A DNA stretch of 63,861 nt, the filler included, from Eubacteriales bacterium (GTDB lineage: Bacteria > Bacillota > Clostridia > Oscillospirales > CAG-382): assembly GCA_045636665.1 (NCBI GenBank). It is 10 parts of 10 records of this genome, joined end to end, with 100 filler letters (N's around TTAATTAATTAA, not from the genome) between each part and the next. Parts side by side here need not be neighbours in the genome. Positions count along the whole stretch, not along the records: positions 37,400 to 41,405 come from JAZTXY010000097.1; positions 41,506 to 52,850 come from JAZTXY010000099.1; 8 more parts are not named here. The stretch is one strand, 5' to 3'. Numbering within the stretch: the first letter of the stretch is position 1; each line of letters begins with the position of its first letter. The notes under the pieces were generated by a model that had not been told where the DNA came from, ran no database searches, and worked only from the letters and a program-made list of their open reading frames with translations. Of the stretch, positions 39,179 to 48,470 are shown one piece after another. Made by a program: the position numbers and the translations under genes.

Positions 39179-40576
39179 GTGAAAAGAATTATAACGTCAA
39201 TCATACTTTCGTTGTTCTTTATATTCGTTATCGGCTGTAACGCAACCGATGAAAGCGATGCTTCGTCTTCCCTGCCCGAAAGCTCCGATTCGGTCGAGCA
39301 TTCGTTCGATACGTCGTCTGACGGCAAGGAATCGAGCGCAGACGCTTCGAACGAAGACGTAAGCCCGAACGGCGATGTTGAATCGAGCGCCGAACCGAAT
39401 AATGAATCGAGCAAGACCGAGGAATCGAGCAAGACCGAAGAATCGAGCAAGACCGAAGAATCGAGCAAGACCGAAGAATCGAGTCAACCCGAAGAATCGA
39501 GTCAACCCGAAGAATCGAGTAAGCCCGAGGAATCGAGTCAACCCGAGGAATCGAGCGAGCCCGAGGAATCGAGCGAACCCGAAGAATCGAGTGAACCCGA
39601 AGAATCAAGCGAGCCCGAAGAATCAAGCGAGCCCGAGGAATCGAGCGAGCCCGAAGAATCAAGCGAACCCGAAGAATCAGACGATATTGGAGATGCAGAG
39701 CTTTTGCCCACCAATTACATTATATATAACGGCGGATGCTATCACGGCACGAAATTCAGAGAAGACGTTGCCATAAATAATGCAAACGTATATGCCGAAT
39801 ATGCAAGACTTTTCCCAAACACGCGCATAAGCATTGTTAATATGCCGCAATCGGCGATTAACATCACCAACTCCACGGTACGCGGCTGGTTTGCTGACCA
39901 AGGCGAGATACTCGACAAAATGGAATCGAAGATATACGGCGGAGTTAATTTCGTTAATCTGAAAAACATTTTTACCGAGCACAGAGGCGAATATCTTTAT
40001 TTCAAGAGCGATTACCATTGGACACAGCGCGCGGCTTATTATGCTTACAACGCATTTGCGACCTCGGTAGGTCTTAATCCGACACCGCTTTCGGCATTTG
40101 AAGAAAAGATTATCACCGACGACTTTATCGGCAGGACAAACGATTATGCACATGACGACAGAATTTTGTCGTTTTACGATACCATTTATGCCTATATGCC
40201 GAGAAAAGAGCATACGATGACGATTTACGACGGCAGTATGAACCCTGTCAGAGTATTTAAAAACTGTATCGTCGAATCGAGAGATAGCTATTCCTGCTTT
40301 ATAAACGGCGACAATGCTTATACCGAAATAAACGTACCGAGCAACGACCAAGAAAAGACCGCGCTTGTTATTAAGGAATCCTCGGGCAATGCTTTTGTTC
40401 CTTTCCTTGTCGAGCATTACGGAAATATTATCGTTATCGACCCCAGACATATCAATATGGACATCCGCAATTTAGTCGAGCAAAAAGGCATTGACGATAT
40501 TATTATCTGCACGACCGCTTCGACAAGCAACGGCAACGACTTTACCAATTATTACAAAAGGCTTATCGGACGATAA
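39179..40576 (+). CDS. DHHW/AlgJ-AlgX-like SGNH lipoprotein with EESSxx repeat stalk
   Basis: Lipobox VIGC; EYLYFKSDYHWT..AAYYAY; YSCFINGD; KESSGNAFVPFL..HY..IIVIDPR. Confidence 0.82.
   Translation: MKRIITSIILSLFFIFVIGCNATDESDASSSLPESSDSVEHSFDTSSDGKESSADASNEDVSPNGDVESSAEPNNESSKTEESSKTEESSKTEESSKTEESSQPEESSQPEESSKPEESSQPEESSEPEESSEPEESSEPEESSEPEESSEPEESSEPEESSEPEESDDIGDAELLPTNYIIYNGGCYHGTKFREDVAINNANVYAEYARLFPNTRISIVNMPQSAINITNSTVRGWFADQGEILDKMESKIYGGVNFVNLKNIFTEHRGEYLYFKSDYHWTQRAAYYAYNAFATSVGLNPTPLSAFEEKIITDDFIGRTNDYAHDDRILSFYDTIYAYMPRKEHTMTIYDGSMNPVRVFKNCIVESRDSYSCFINGDNAYTEINVPSNDQEKTALVIKESSGNAFVPFLVEHYGNIIVIDPRHINMDIRNLVEQKGIDDIIICTTASTSNGNDFTNYYKRLIGR
39401..39679 (+). repeat. Coding 18-bp tandem repeat, about 15.5 units
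   Basis: GAAGAATCGAGCxAxxCC-like units encoding (N/E)ESSKT x4, EESS(Q/K)P x4, EESSEP x7. Confidence 0.95.
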
Positions 40577-40583
40577 AAATCAC

Positions 40584-40617
40584 GCTCCCGAAATTAATTT
40601 TTCGGGAGCTCTTTTTT
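40584..40617 (+). terminator. Intrinsic terminator
   Basis: GCTCCCGAAA-loop-TTTCGGGAGC-TCTTTTTT. Confidence 0.8.
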
Positions 40618-40709
40618 GCAAAATTATTAACAAAATCTTGAAAAAGGCTTACGCTTGTAGTATAATAAAGCATTAAAACGAAAAATCGATCCTATCAATT
40701 GGTGACTGT

Positions 40710-41379
40710 ATGAAAAACAATCTTAAGGGCTGGCTTTATTTACTGCCTGCAATTGTGTTTTTGGGTGTATTTTTGGTATACCCGCTTGTTGACGTTTTTA
40801 TATACTCGTTTGAGGAGGGCTTTAACTTCGCCTCGCAGACCTATCAGGGCATCGGCACATATAATTTTGAGTACGTGCTTCACGATCCTTATTTTCTTCG
40901 GGCGTTGGAGAATACCTTTATTCTCGTTTTTATTACCGTTCCGCTTTCGACCGCGCTTGCTTTGCTTATTTCGGTTGGGCTTTCCTCGATAAAAAAGCTT
41001 CGCAAGGCGTTTCAGACGATATTCTTCCTTCCCTACGTTACAAACACGCTTGCGGTCGGTTTGGTGTTTATGATACTTTTCAAGCAAACACCTTATAGCG
41101 ACGGACTTATAAACACGTTTTTGGGTTGGTTCGGCGTAAGCCCTATTGATTTTGTCGACGGACCTTATTGGGCAAAGATGACGATGCTTTCGATTTATAC
41201 GATTTGGATCGTTATGCCGTTTAAGATACTTATTTTCACAAGCGCGCTTGCATCGGTCAACGAAAATTATTACAATGCCGCAAAGGTCGACGGCGCATCG
41301 AGAGTAAAACGGTTCTTTAAGATTACGCTTCCGATGATTTCGCCGACTACCTTTTACCTTATAATTACCGGCTTTATCG
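40710..41379 (+). CDS. Carbohydrate ABC transporter permease, 3'-truncated
   Basis: LLPA..YPL, ALENT, FFLPYVT, EAA-like YYNAAKVDGAS..RFFKITLPMISP. Confidence 0.9.
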
Positions 41380-41405
41380 AAGTCGGAGGCCAAGCGGTCT
41401 TAGGA
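41380..41405 (+). other. Untrimmed MGI/BGI sequencing adapter
   Basis: AAGTCGGAGGCCAAGCGGTCTTAGGA, the start of the DNBSEQ forward adapter. Confidence 0.95.
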
Positions 41406-41506
41406 NNNNNNNNNNNNNNNNNNNNNNNNNNNNNNNNNNNNNNNNNNNNTTAATTAATTAANNNNNNNNNNNNNNNNNNNNNNNNNNNNNNNNNNNNNNN
41501 NNNNNG

Positions 41507-42121
41507 GTTGATTCGGATATCGAGATACTTAATCCCGATCACCACATCGCGACCGTTGAAATGGGCGCACCCTTCTTCATGGAGATTACTTTCGAACACG
41601 GCAGAGGATATGTTTCCTCGGAGAAGAACAAAGCCGCGGTTGAAAACCCTGTTATCGGCGTAATTTACACCGATTCAATCTTCACCCCGGTTCAAAAAGC
41701 TAATTTCACGGTTTCCAATACCCGTGTCGGCAATATTACCGACTTTGATAAGCTTGAGCTCGATGTTACCACTAACGGCACCATCGATGCAAAAGAAGCT
41801 GTATCTCTCGCAGCAAAGATTCTTAACGAGCACCTCAATCTCTTCATCGAACTCTCCGACGAAGCTATGAACACTGAAATCATGGTTGAACGCGAAGAAA
41901 AGATCAAGGAAAAGGTTCTCGAAATGACTATCGAAGAGCTCGATATGTCCGTAAGAAGCTTCAACTGCCTCAAGAGAGCGGGCATTGACACCGTAGAAGA
42001 TCTTACCAATAGAACCGAGGAAGATATGATTAAGGTCAGAAACCTCGGCAAAAAATCGCTTGAAGAAGTTATCCAGAAGCTTCAGTCCCTTGGTCTGTCG
42101 CTTCGCAAGTCGGATGACTAA
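41507..42121 (+). CDS. rpoA: RNA polymerase alpha subunit, 5'-truncated
   Basis: [52 protein letters not shown]. Confidence 0.97.
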   Translation, partial: VDSDIEILNPDHHIATVEMGAPFFMEITFEHGRGYVSSEKNKAAVENPVIGVIYTDSIFTPVQKANFTVSNTRVGNITDFDKLELDVTTNGTIDAKEAVSLAAKILNEHLNLFIELSDEAMNTEIMVEREEKIKEKVLEMTIEELDMSVRSFNCLKRAGIDTVEDLTNRTEEDMIKVRNLGKKSLEEVIQKLQSLGLSLRKSDD

Positions 42122-42155
42122 GCTTAAAGCTCACTAAAATAAGGAGGCAAACGAA

Positions 42156-42620
42156 ATGCCCGGAACAAGAAAATTAGGCAGACCTACTGCTCATAGAATG
42201 TCTATGCTCAGGGGTATGGTCACCTTCCTTCTCGAAAAGGGAAGAATCGAAACGACCGTTACTCGTGCTGCCGAAGTAAGCGCTCTCGCTGACAAAATGA
42301 TCACTCTCGGCAAGAAGAATACCCTTGTTGCTAAAAGACAGGCAATCGCATTCCTCAAGAAGGAAGCAGTTGTATATAAGCTCTTCACCAAGATCGCTCC
42401 CCTCTACGACGAAAGAAACGGCGGTTACACCCGTGTTCTTAAGATCGGTCCCAGACGTGGCGACGGTGCCGAAATGGCAATCATCGAACTCGTAGGTGCA
42501 GAAGAACTCTACACCGTAAAGGAAGAAAAGAAGGAAGCAAAGGCTGAAGAAAAGCCCGCAAAGAAAACTTCCAAGAAGGCTGTAAAGGCTGAAGTTAAGG
42601 AAGAAGCAGCGGCTGAATAA
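42156..42620 (+). CDS. rplQ: 50S ribosomal protein L17 with K/E/A-rich C-terminal tail
   Basis: [32 protein letters not shown]; follows rpoA. Confidence 0.97.
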   Translation: MPGTRKLGRPTAHRMSMLRGMVTFLLEKGRIETTVTRAAEVSALADKMITLGKKNTLVAKRQAIAFLKKEAVVYKLFTKIAPLYDERNGGYTRVLKIGPRRGDGAEMAIIELVGAEELYTVKEEKKEAKAEEKPAKKTSKKAVKAEVKEEAAAE

Positions 42621-42635
42621 GTTTTAGCTCAACAT

Positions 42636-42666
42636 AAAAAGACAGGTCGAATGACCTGTCTTTTTT
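42636..42666. terminator. Bidirectional terminator
   Basis: AAAAAGACAGGTC-GAAT-GACCTGTCTTTTTT. Confidence 0.85.
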
Positions 42667-42679
42667 GTTCTGTAATAGC

Positions 42680-43489
42680 TTAAAGACCGCTTCGTTTAGC
42701 TTTTCTTTCAATTGCCGCCCATTCTTCACGGGCTTCGTTCATATCGCGTCTGAACAGCTTAATGAGCTTAAGATAATAAGCATATCCCGCCATCGTCGGC
42801 GCAAAGACGAATAGATTAATAAGATTCCAAACGGTATCGGAAATCTCTTTTGCACGTTCTGCTTCAAATCCTTCTGCCACCGGTGTGAAAATGGCGCGGA
42901 TGCCGAAAAACAGCTGAACCGCTATAAGCGCAAGGTAAATCATCAAAACCGTAATAAGTGCGGCTATAATAAAACCGCTTATACGTCCGCGCGGACTGTT
43001 ATCAATAGCATACTCGGGATATTCAACGCTGATTTTCAACCCTTTAAAGAATAGAAAATAAAGCAGAGCAAGTGCGACGAATATTAATATACCAACGGTT
43101 AAAACCGAATCATCTCCGCCGATAGTAATGAGCTCGATTGCGAAAAACAGGCATTCGGCAAGATACGAAAAACCAAGAAATTTAACCGAAAAATCAATTT
43201 TACAGCCGCCGTCGCTCTTTTCATTAAAGAAGCGGTAGGTTGAAAACAGTCCGTAAAAGACCAAGACTGCAAAGACCAAAGCGATAACCGCCGAGGTAAG
43301 CGTGAGTAACGTACCCGTTAAATCATTTTCGCCGTTTGCTGAAATCAACCAACTTATCGAAACAATAATATCGTATCCGCATTTAATGACCGCGCCTAAA
43401 AGCGTTAACGACATTGCAAGCAAAAATAACCTTGACGAGCCGTGTTTATAAAGTGTTTCTAATATCGGTTTGCGTTCTGTTTTGTTCAT
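42680..43489 (-). CDS. Hypothetical ~6-TM membrane protein (paralogue 3 of 3)
   Basis: KHGSSRLFLLA, GLFSTYRFF, FKGLK, FRRDMNEAREEW. Confidence 0.8.
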   Translation of the reverse strand: MNKTERKPILETLYKHGSSRLFLLAMSLTLLGAVIKCGYDIIVSISWLISANGENDLTGTLLTLTSAVIALVFAVLVFYGLFSTYRFFNEKSDGGCKIDFSVKFLGFSYLAECLFFAIELITIGGDDSVLTVGILIFVALALLYFLFFKGLKISVEYPEYAIDNSPRGRISGFIIAALITVLMIYLALIAVQLFFGIRAIFTPVAEGFEAERAKEISDTVWNLINLFVFAPTMAGYAYYLKLIKLFRRDMNEAREEWAAIERKAKRSGL

Positions 43490-43508
43490 ATTAATTCCAA
43501 ATCTTAAA

Positions 43509-44315
43509 TTATTTACGCTTCCGTAACAACAGCAGAACCTGCTTGAAGCGTTTCATAAGTATAATATAAATAACGGTCGAAGCAAGCGAAAAACCTAAAC
43601 TCAAAAATCTGCCGACGTTAAAAATGAGCGAATAAGTATAAACCGAGTTAAATAACCGTGGGATCACCGCAAGAAGGCAGATAGCGCAAATTACCGCGGT
43701 AATGATTGCATAAACATAAACGAAGGTGCTCGGCTTGCCCAAAATCTTGTTTTCATCTGCCGCGTAAGCGCACCCCACCCATTTCTTTATACCCTTATAG
43801 TTGATAATTTGCAAAACGAGTGCGCCGATAAATAACGGACTTGCAATCAAAACAGAAATTACGAGGATCGATCTAATTGCAGCGATCGAAGTACCTGAAG
43901 CGATGTCTTTGGAAACGGGTAAGTATCCTATAAGAAGAACACAAAGAATAACTACCTCGATAATTAAAATAATTATATCGGCAAGCGTCAGCTCGGTAAA
44001 CGTCTTAAGTCCGGTCCTTTTATCTGTTTTACCCGAAAAATAACGGTATGCAGAAAAGAGCGCGCCGTTCATAAATAAGGAAAAAACGACGTTTATCACG
44101 CAGATTACCAATGAGGAAAGGATAAAAATCGATGAAGTATAGCCGTATTCCGAAGCGGGTATTTGGATAGAGCTTTCGTCTATCCAAAATAGAAACGAGC
44201 CCAAAGCATTAGATAATAGTGCGATTATGCCGGAACAAACTGAAAAAACGATAGCTAAAAGGAAAAGTTTTAATGAACCGTTGCTTTTCAAAAAAGCGGA
44301 AATGTTTTGTTTCAT
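43509..44315 (-). CDS. Hypothetical ~6-TM membrane protein (paralogue 2 of 3)
   Basis: SNGSLKLFLLA, ALFSAYRYF, YKGIKK; GGAGG RBS. Confidence 0.8.
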   Translation of the reverse strand: MKQNISAFLKSNGSLKLFLLAIVFSVCSGIIALLSNALGSFLFWIDESSIQIPASEYGYTSSIFILSSLVICVINVVFSLFMNGALFSAYRYFSGKTDKRTGLKTFTELTLADIIILIIEVVILCVLLIGYLPVSKDIASGTSIAAIRSILVISVLIASPLFIGALVLQIINYKGIKKWVGCAYAADENKILGKPSTFVYVYAIITAVICAICLLAVIPRLFNSVYTYSLIFNVGRFLSLGFSLASTVIYIILMKRFKQVLLLLRKRK

Positions 44316-44353
44316 AACAGCCTCCTTTTAGTGTATTTAATTAACGTGTGTAA

Positions 44354-45247
44354 TTAAATATTATTATTTGATTGTTGCGAAGCAGCGTATTCACGAGCAC
44401 GGATTTGCGCTTTTTGCTGTTCGATAAAATACCACTCTTGCTTGGCAATTTCCATATCGCTCTTAAATCGGAACATAAGCGCGATAAACATAATAATCGC
44501 AGTTAACGACAAAGCCATAACGATAAAGCTTACCAAGTTTGAAATCATGGCGTATACACTTAAAAACGGCGATGTCGCAAAGGTGATTAACTGCATAAGA
44601 AGACTTATTCCGTTGCCAACTGCAGCGATAAACGCTATAACGAGAACAAAGATGCTAAGTTTACCGCTGTTTCGGTTTTCATAAGCCGACATAGCGTAAT
44701 TAATCGACTTTTTAATTCCCTTGTATTGGAAGATGCTCAAAACTATCACGCCGGCAATAATGGGGATGAGAATAACAGCCACTATTAGCATAAAAGCTTC
44801 TTTAATACCGGGAATGCCGTATGAATCATCCATCACGGAAAAGGTGCCAAGCGAAACTACGGGCAATTCAACAATGGTTATTATCATTTGCGCAAGAAAG
44901 ACCTTGGTAAAGGAATTAAGCGCGTTGGGGTTACCCGACCTTCCCGAAAAAAAGGAATAAGCCGAATAAAGATAGCCGTACTGAACAAATGAAAGAATCG
45001 AATTAACAACTGCTATCAAGAAGGTTGCAAAGATAACAATATAGTATTCTTCTTCAAAATATCCGCTTAGATCAACAAACGGAATCGAATTGTTAAAGGA
45101 AGCAACCGCCGAAAATATCGAATAAAGAATATTCAAAGCAACGGAAACGAATGAAATAACTATCGCGCTTAAAAATAATTTCGAGCTGCCGTGCTTGCGA
45201 ACCACCTCATTAAGCGGTCTTCTGTTAAGGTTGTAGCTGTTGTTCAT
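44354..45247 (-). CDS. Hypothetical ~6-TM membrane protein (paralogue 1 of 3)
   Basis: KHGSSKLFLSA, YLYSAYSFF, YKGIKK, FKSDMEIAKQEW. Confidence 0.8.
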   Translation of the reverse strand: MNNSYNLNRRPLNEVVRKHGSSKLFLSAIVISFVSVALNILYSIFSAVASFNNSIPFVDLSGYFEEEYYIVIFATFLIAVVNSILSFVQYGYLYSAYSFFSGRSGNPNALNSFTKVFLAQMIITIVELPVVSLGTFSVMDDSYGIPGIKEAFMLIVAVILIPIIAGVIVLSIFQYKGIKKSINYAMSAYENRNSGKLSIFVLVIAFIAAVGNGISLLMQLITFATSPFLSVYAMISNLVSFIVMALSLTAIIMFIALMFRFKSDMEIAKQEWYFIEQQKAQIRAREYAASQQSNNNI

Positions 45248-45411
45248 ATCTAAACCACCTTTCATACTATAAAAAGTCTAACATCTGCGACGAAAATTGT
45301 CAAGCGTTATATTAAAATGTTAACAAATAAAATAATATTTGATTGACATTTATTAGATATTGTGTTATATGTTAGTTATCTGAAAATATTGTTTTTTAAG
45401 GAGAATAAACA

Positions 45412-46461
45412 ATGGAAAAACTTAAAATAGGCGTCGTTGGCGCAGGTAATATTGCTAAGCACGGACATCTTCCTGCTTATAAAAAGTGCTATAATTGCGT
45501 ACCCCAAGCAATTTGTGATATCGATTTTGAACGCGCAAAGAGAGTTGCCGAGGAATACGGCATTCCCGAGGTTTATCCCTCTATCGAAGAAATGCTTGAA
45601 AAGGCAGATATCGATGCAGTAGATATCTGTACTTGGAACAATGCGCACGCACCCTGCCTTATCGCCGCGGCAAATGCGGGCAAGCACGTTATGTGCGAAA
45701 AGCCCCTCGCGATGAGTCTTGACGATGCTCTTAAAATGGAAAAGGCGGTAAAGGAAAACAATATCATCTTCTTCCTTGCAGTTCCTTCGCGCTTCGGTTA
45801 TGAAAATATGTATCTCCGCGATATGTATGACAACGGCGAGCTTGGCGACGTTTATTATGCAAAGACAAGCTATATTCGCCGTCGCGGTACACCCTCGGGC
45901 TGGTTCCACGATAAAAAGACCTCGGGCGGCGGACCTATCATCGATATCGGCGTTCACCGTATCGATGCCGCTTGGTACTTGATGGGCAACCCCAAGCCCA
46001 CCCGTGTTTCCGCAAACGTTTTCTATAAGATCGGCGATTACCAAACAAAGGGTATCAGCAGATGGAAGGGCACACCCTGTCCCGACAACCAATTCGACTG
46101 TGAAGATTCGGGTGCAGGCGCTATCCATTTTGAAAACGGCGCAACGATGGTATTTGAAGCAAGCTGGGCGCTTAACGGTCCCGACAAGAGCGAAACCTTT
46201 ATCTTCGGCACCAAAGCGGGCGCATCGGTTGAGCCTCTCACCATCTACGGCGAAAGAAACGAATTTCTTTCCACCGACAACGTTACCGTAAAGAATTCCA
46301 ACGATAAATTCCAGCTTGAAATCGAACACTTTGCCGATTGCGTTCTTAACAAGAACTACAATACCAAATATCCTATTGAGCAGGCAGTAAATATGCAAAG
46401 AATGCTCCAGGCGATCTATGATTCCGCAGAACAGGGCAAAGAAATCGTTATAGGAGAATAA
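45412..46461 (+). CDS. Gfo/Idh/MocA family oxidoreductase
   Basis: GVVGAGNIA, CEKPLA, RRRGTPSGW, GGGPIIDIGVH. Confidence 0.93.
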   Translation: MEKLKIGVVGAGNIAKHGHLPAYKKCYNCVPQAICDIDFERAKRVAEEYGIPEVYPSIEEMLEKADIDAVDICTWNNAHAPCLIAAANAGKHVMCEKPLAMSLDDALKMEKAVKENNIIFFLAVPSRFGYENMYLRDMYDNGELGDVYYAKTSYIRRRGTPSGWFHDKKTSGGGPIIDIGVHRIDAAWYLMGNPKPTRVSANVFYKIGDYQTKGISRWKGTPCPDNQFDCEDSGAGAIHFENGATMVFEASWALNGPDKSETFIFGTKAGASVEPLTIYGERNEFLSTDNVTVKNSNDKFQLEIEHFADCVLNKNYNTKYPIEQAVNMQRMLQAIYDSAEQGKEIVIGE

Positions 46462-46463
46462 TA

Positions 46464-47339
46464 ATGAAAAGTTGTATCAGTACTTATAGCTACCATCGTC
46501 TTTATGCCGACGGCAACTTCACACGCTTCGATGCTATCGACAAAACCAAAGAGCTCGGATGCGACGGCGTGGAATTCGTGCTTGACGATACCACTCCCGA
46601 CGGAAGCACTCCGCGTGAACATGCGCTTGCGCTTACCGCGCACGCAAAAGAGGTCGGCCTTGAAGTGCCGATATACACCACGGGCGCAAACTTTTTCGTA
46701 AAAGACCCCGAACAAGAGGTAGAACGTATTTGCAAGCATATCGATATCGCTTCCGAATGCGGTATTCCGCTTCTCCGTCACGATATTACTTGGAGTTACT
46801 ATCCCGAATATGAAGGCGTAAAGACCTATCAGCACGTTATCGAAGCGGTCGCACCCGTTATTTCAAAGGTTGCGGATTATGCAAAATCCAAAAACGTTAT
46901 GACCTGCTCGGAAAACCACGGAAGACTTATGCAGGATTCCAACAGAATGGTCGAGCTTTTCAATGCCGTTAACAACAAGAATTACGGCTTCCTTTGCGAT
47001 ATCGGCAACTTCGGCGGTGTTGACGAGGATTGCTTCACATCGGTATCGCGCCTTATGGAGCTTATCGTTCACGTTCACGCAAAGGACTGCTTCACTCGTT
47101 CGGGTATGATGTATAACCCCGGCAGAGGCTATAACCTCTCGCGCGGCGGCAACTATCGCCGTGCAACTGTTTTCGGCCACGGTAACGTTCCCACCTTCCA
47201 AATTCTTAACGCTATTCGTGCTTCGGGTTACGACGGATACGTAAGCCTTGAATTTGAAGGTATGGAGCCTTGCATGGAAGGCGTTACCATCGGTACCGAA
47301 AATCTTCAGCGTATGATCCGCGATATCGAAGGGAAGTAA
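46464..47339 (+). CDS. Sugar phosphate isomerase/epimerase family TIM-barrel protein
   Basis: SENHG, DIGNF, HVHAKD, VSLEFEG. Confidence 0.88.
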   Translation: MKSCISTYSYHRLYADGNFTRFDAIDKTKELGCDGVEFVLDDTTPDGSTPREHALALTAHAKEVGLEVPIYTTGANFFVKDPEQEVERICKHIDIASECGIPLLRHDITWSYYPEYEGVKTYQHVIEAVAPVISKVADYAKSKNVMTCSENHGRLMQDSNRMVELFNAVNNKNYGFLCDIGNFGGVDEDCFTSVSRLMELIVHVHAKDCFTRSGMMYNPGRGYNLSRGGNYRRATVFGHGNVPTFQILNAIRASGYDGYVSLEFEGMEPCMEGVTIGTENLQRMIRDIEGK

Positions 47340-47345
47340 ATTTTA

Positions 47346-48470
47346 ATGATAATCAAAAACGGCAACGTTCTTCTCGGCTCGACTCAAACCGTCGAGCAAA
47401 CCGATATAAGAATCGAGCAGGGAACAATCACCGAGCTGTCGCACGACCTTTCGGACAGAATCGAGTTTGATGCAAGCGGTTTGCTTGTTATCCCCGGTTT
47501 TATCGATACCCACATCCACGGATGCGTAGGGGTTGAATTTGCCTCTCCCGACGAGGATTTCACAAAAGCCCGCAAATGGCTTGCAAGTGAAGGTGTAACG
47601 GGATTTGCCGCAACGGTACGCGCGATGACACCCGACCGTGTGGTCGCCGCAGAAAAGAATATTCTGCGTGAGGTTGAACGCGAAACAGTCGGTGCAAGCG
47701 TGCTTGGAATCAATCTTGAAGGTCCTTTTGTTTCAAAGGTCAGAACGGGTGTTATGAATCCGCCCGATATCGAATGCACTCCCGAAACGGCAAAGCTTTT
47801 TGCCGATGAAGGAAAGGGTATGCTTAAAATAATGACTCTTGCGCCCGAACGCGAAAATGCGTTAGACGTGGTAAAAGTAGCCACCGAAAACGGCGTAAAT
47901 ATTTCGCTCGGGCATACCGATGCGACTTATTCCGAGTCTATCGACGCAATAAATTCCGGCGCAACGCGTGCAACTCACGTGTTTAATGCAATGCGCCCTC
48001 TTTCTCACCGCGAAACGGGTGTTTTGGGCGCTGTGCTTACCGATGACCGAGTAAATTGCGAAATGATATGCGACCTTGTCCATCTCGATGAAGCGACGAT
48101 TAAAATGGTCTACCGCCTAAAGGGTGCCGAAAATATCACGCTTATAAGCGATACGGGATTTATGTCGGGTTTGGGCGACGGCGAATTTGTAATCGACGGC
48201 AGAAAACGTACGGTTAAGAACGGCGTGTGCCGTAATGCCGACGGAAGAATCGCAGGAAGCTGTGTTTCGATGCTCGCAGGAGCGAAGAATCTGCTTAAAA
48301 TGGGTATCCCCATAAGCGATATTTCACTTATGGCATCGTTCAACCCTGCAAAAGCGCTGAACGTATCGACGTTTACAGGAAGTATCGAGGTCGGAAAGCA
48401 AGCAGACCTAATCGTTTGTGACAATGAGTTGAACATAAAAGCCGTATTTGTAAAAGGTAACAGAATATGA
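47346..48470 (+). CDS. nagA: N-acetylglucosamine-6-phosphate deacetylase
   Basis: PGFIDTHIHG, LEGPF, TLAPE, GHTDA, THVFNAM, ICDLVH, IAGS. Confidence 0.92.
   Translation: MIIKNGNVLLGSTQTVEQTDIRIEQGTITELSHDLSDRIEFDASGLLVIPGFIDTHIHGCVGVEFASPDEDFTKARKWLASEGVTGFAATVRAMTPDRVVAAEKNILREVERETVGASVLGINLEGPFVSKVRTGVMNPPDIECTPETAKLFADEGKGMLKIMTLAPERENALDVVKVATENGVNISLGHTDATYSESIDAINSGATRATHVFNAMRPLSHRETGVLGAVLTDDRVNCEMICDLVHLDEATIKMVYRLKGAENITLISDTGFMSGLGDGEFVIDGRKRTVKNGVCRNADGRIAGSCVSMLAGAKNLLKMGIPISDISLMASFNPAKALNVSTFTGSIEVGKQADLIVCDNELNIKAVFVKGNRI

Noticed and set aside
39401..39679. 18-bp repeats as a CRISPR array
   Set aside because: Head-to-tail with no spacers, and in frame in a protein linker.
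39197..39776. Repetitive alternative-frame ORFs (LTRFFG, RARSIP, KNRARP)
   Set aside because: Other reading frames of the EESSxx coding repeat.
42500..42620. L17 C-terminal extension
   Set aside because: Low-complexity K/E/A tails on L17 occur in several lineages.
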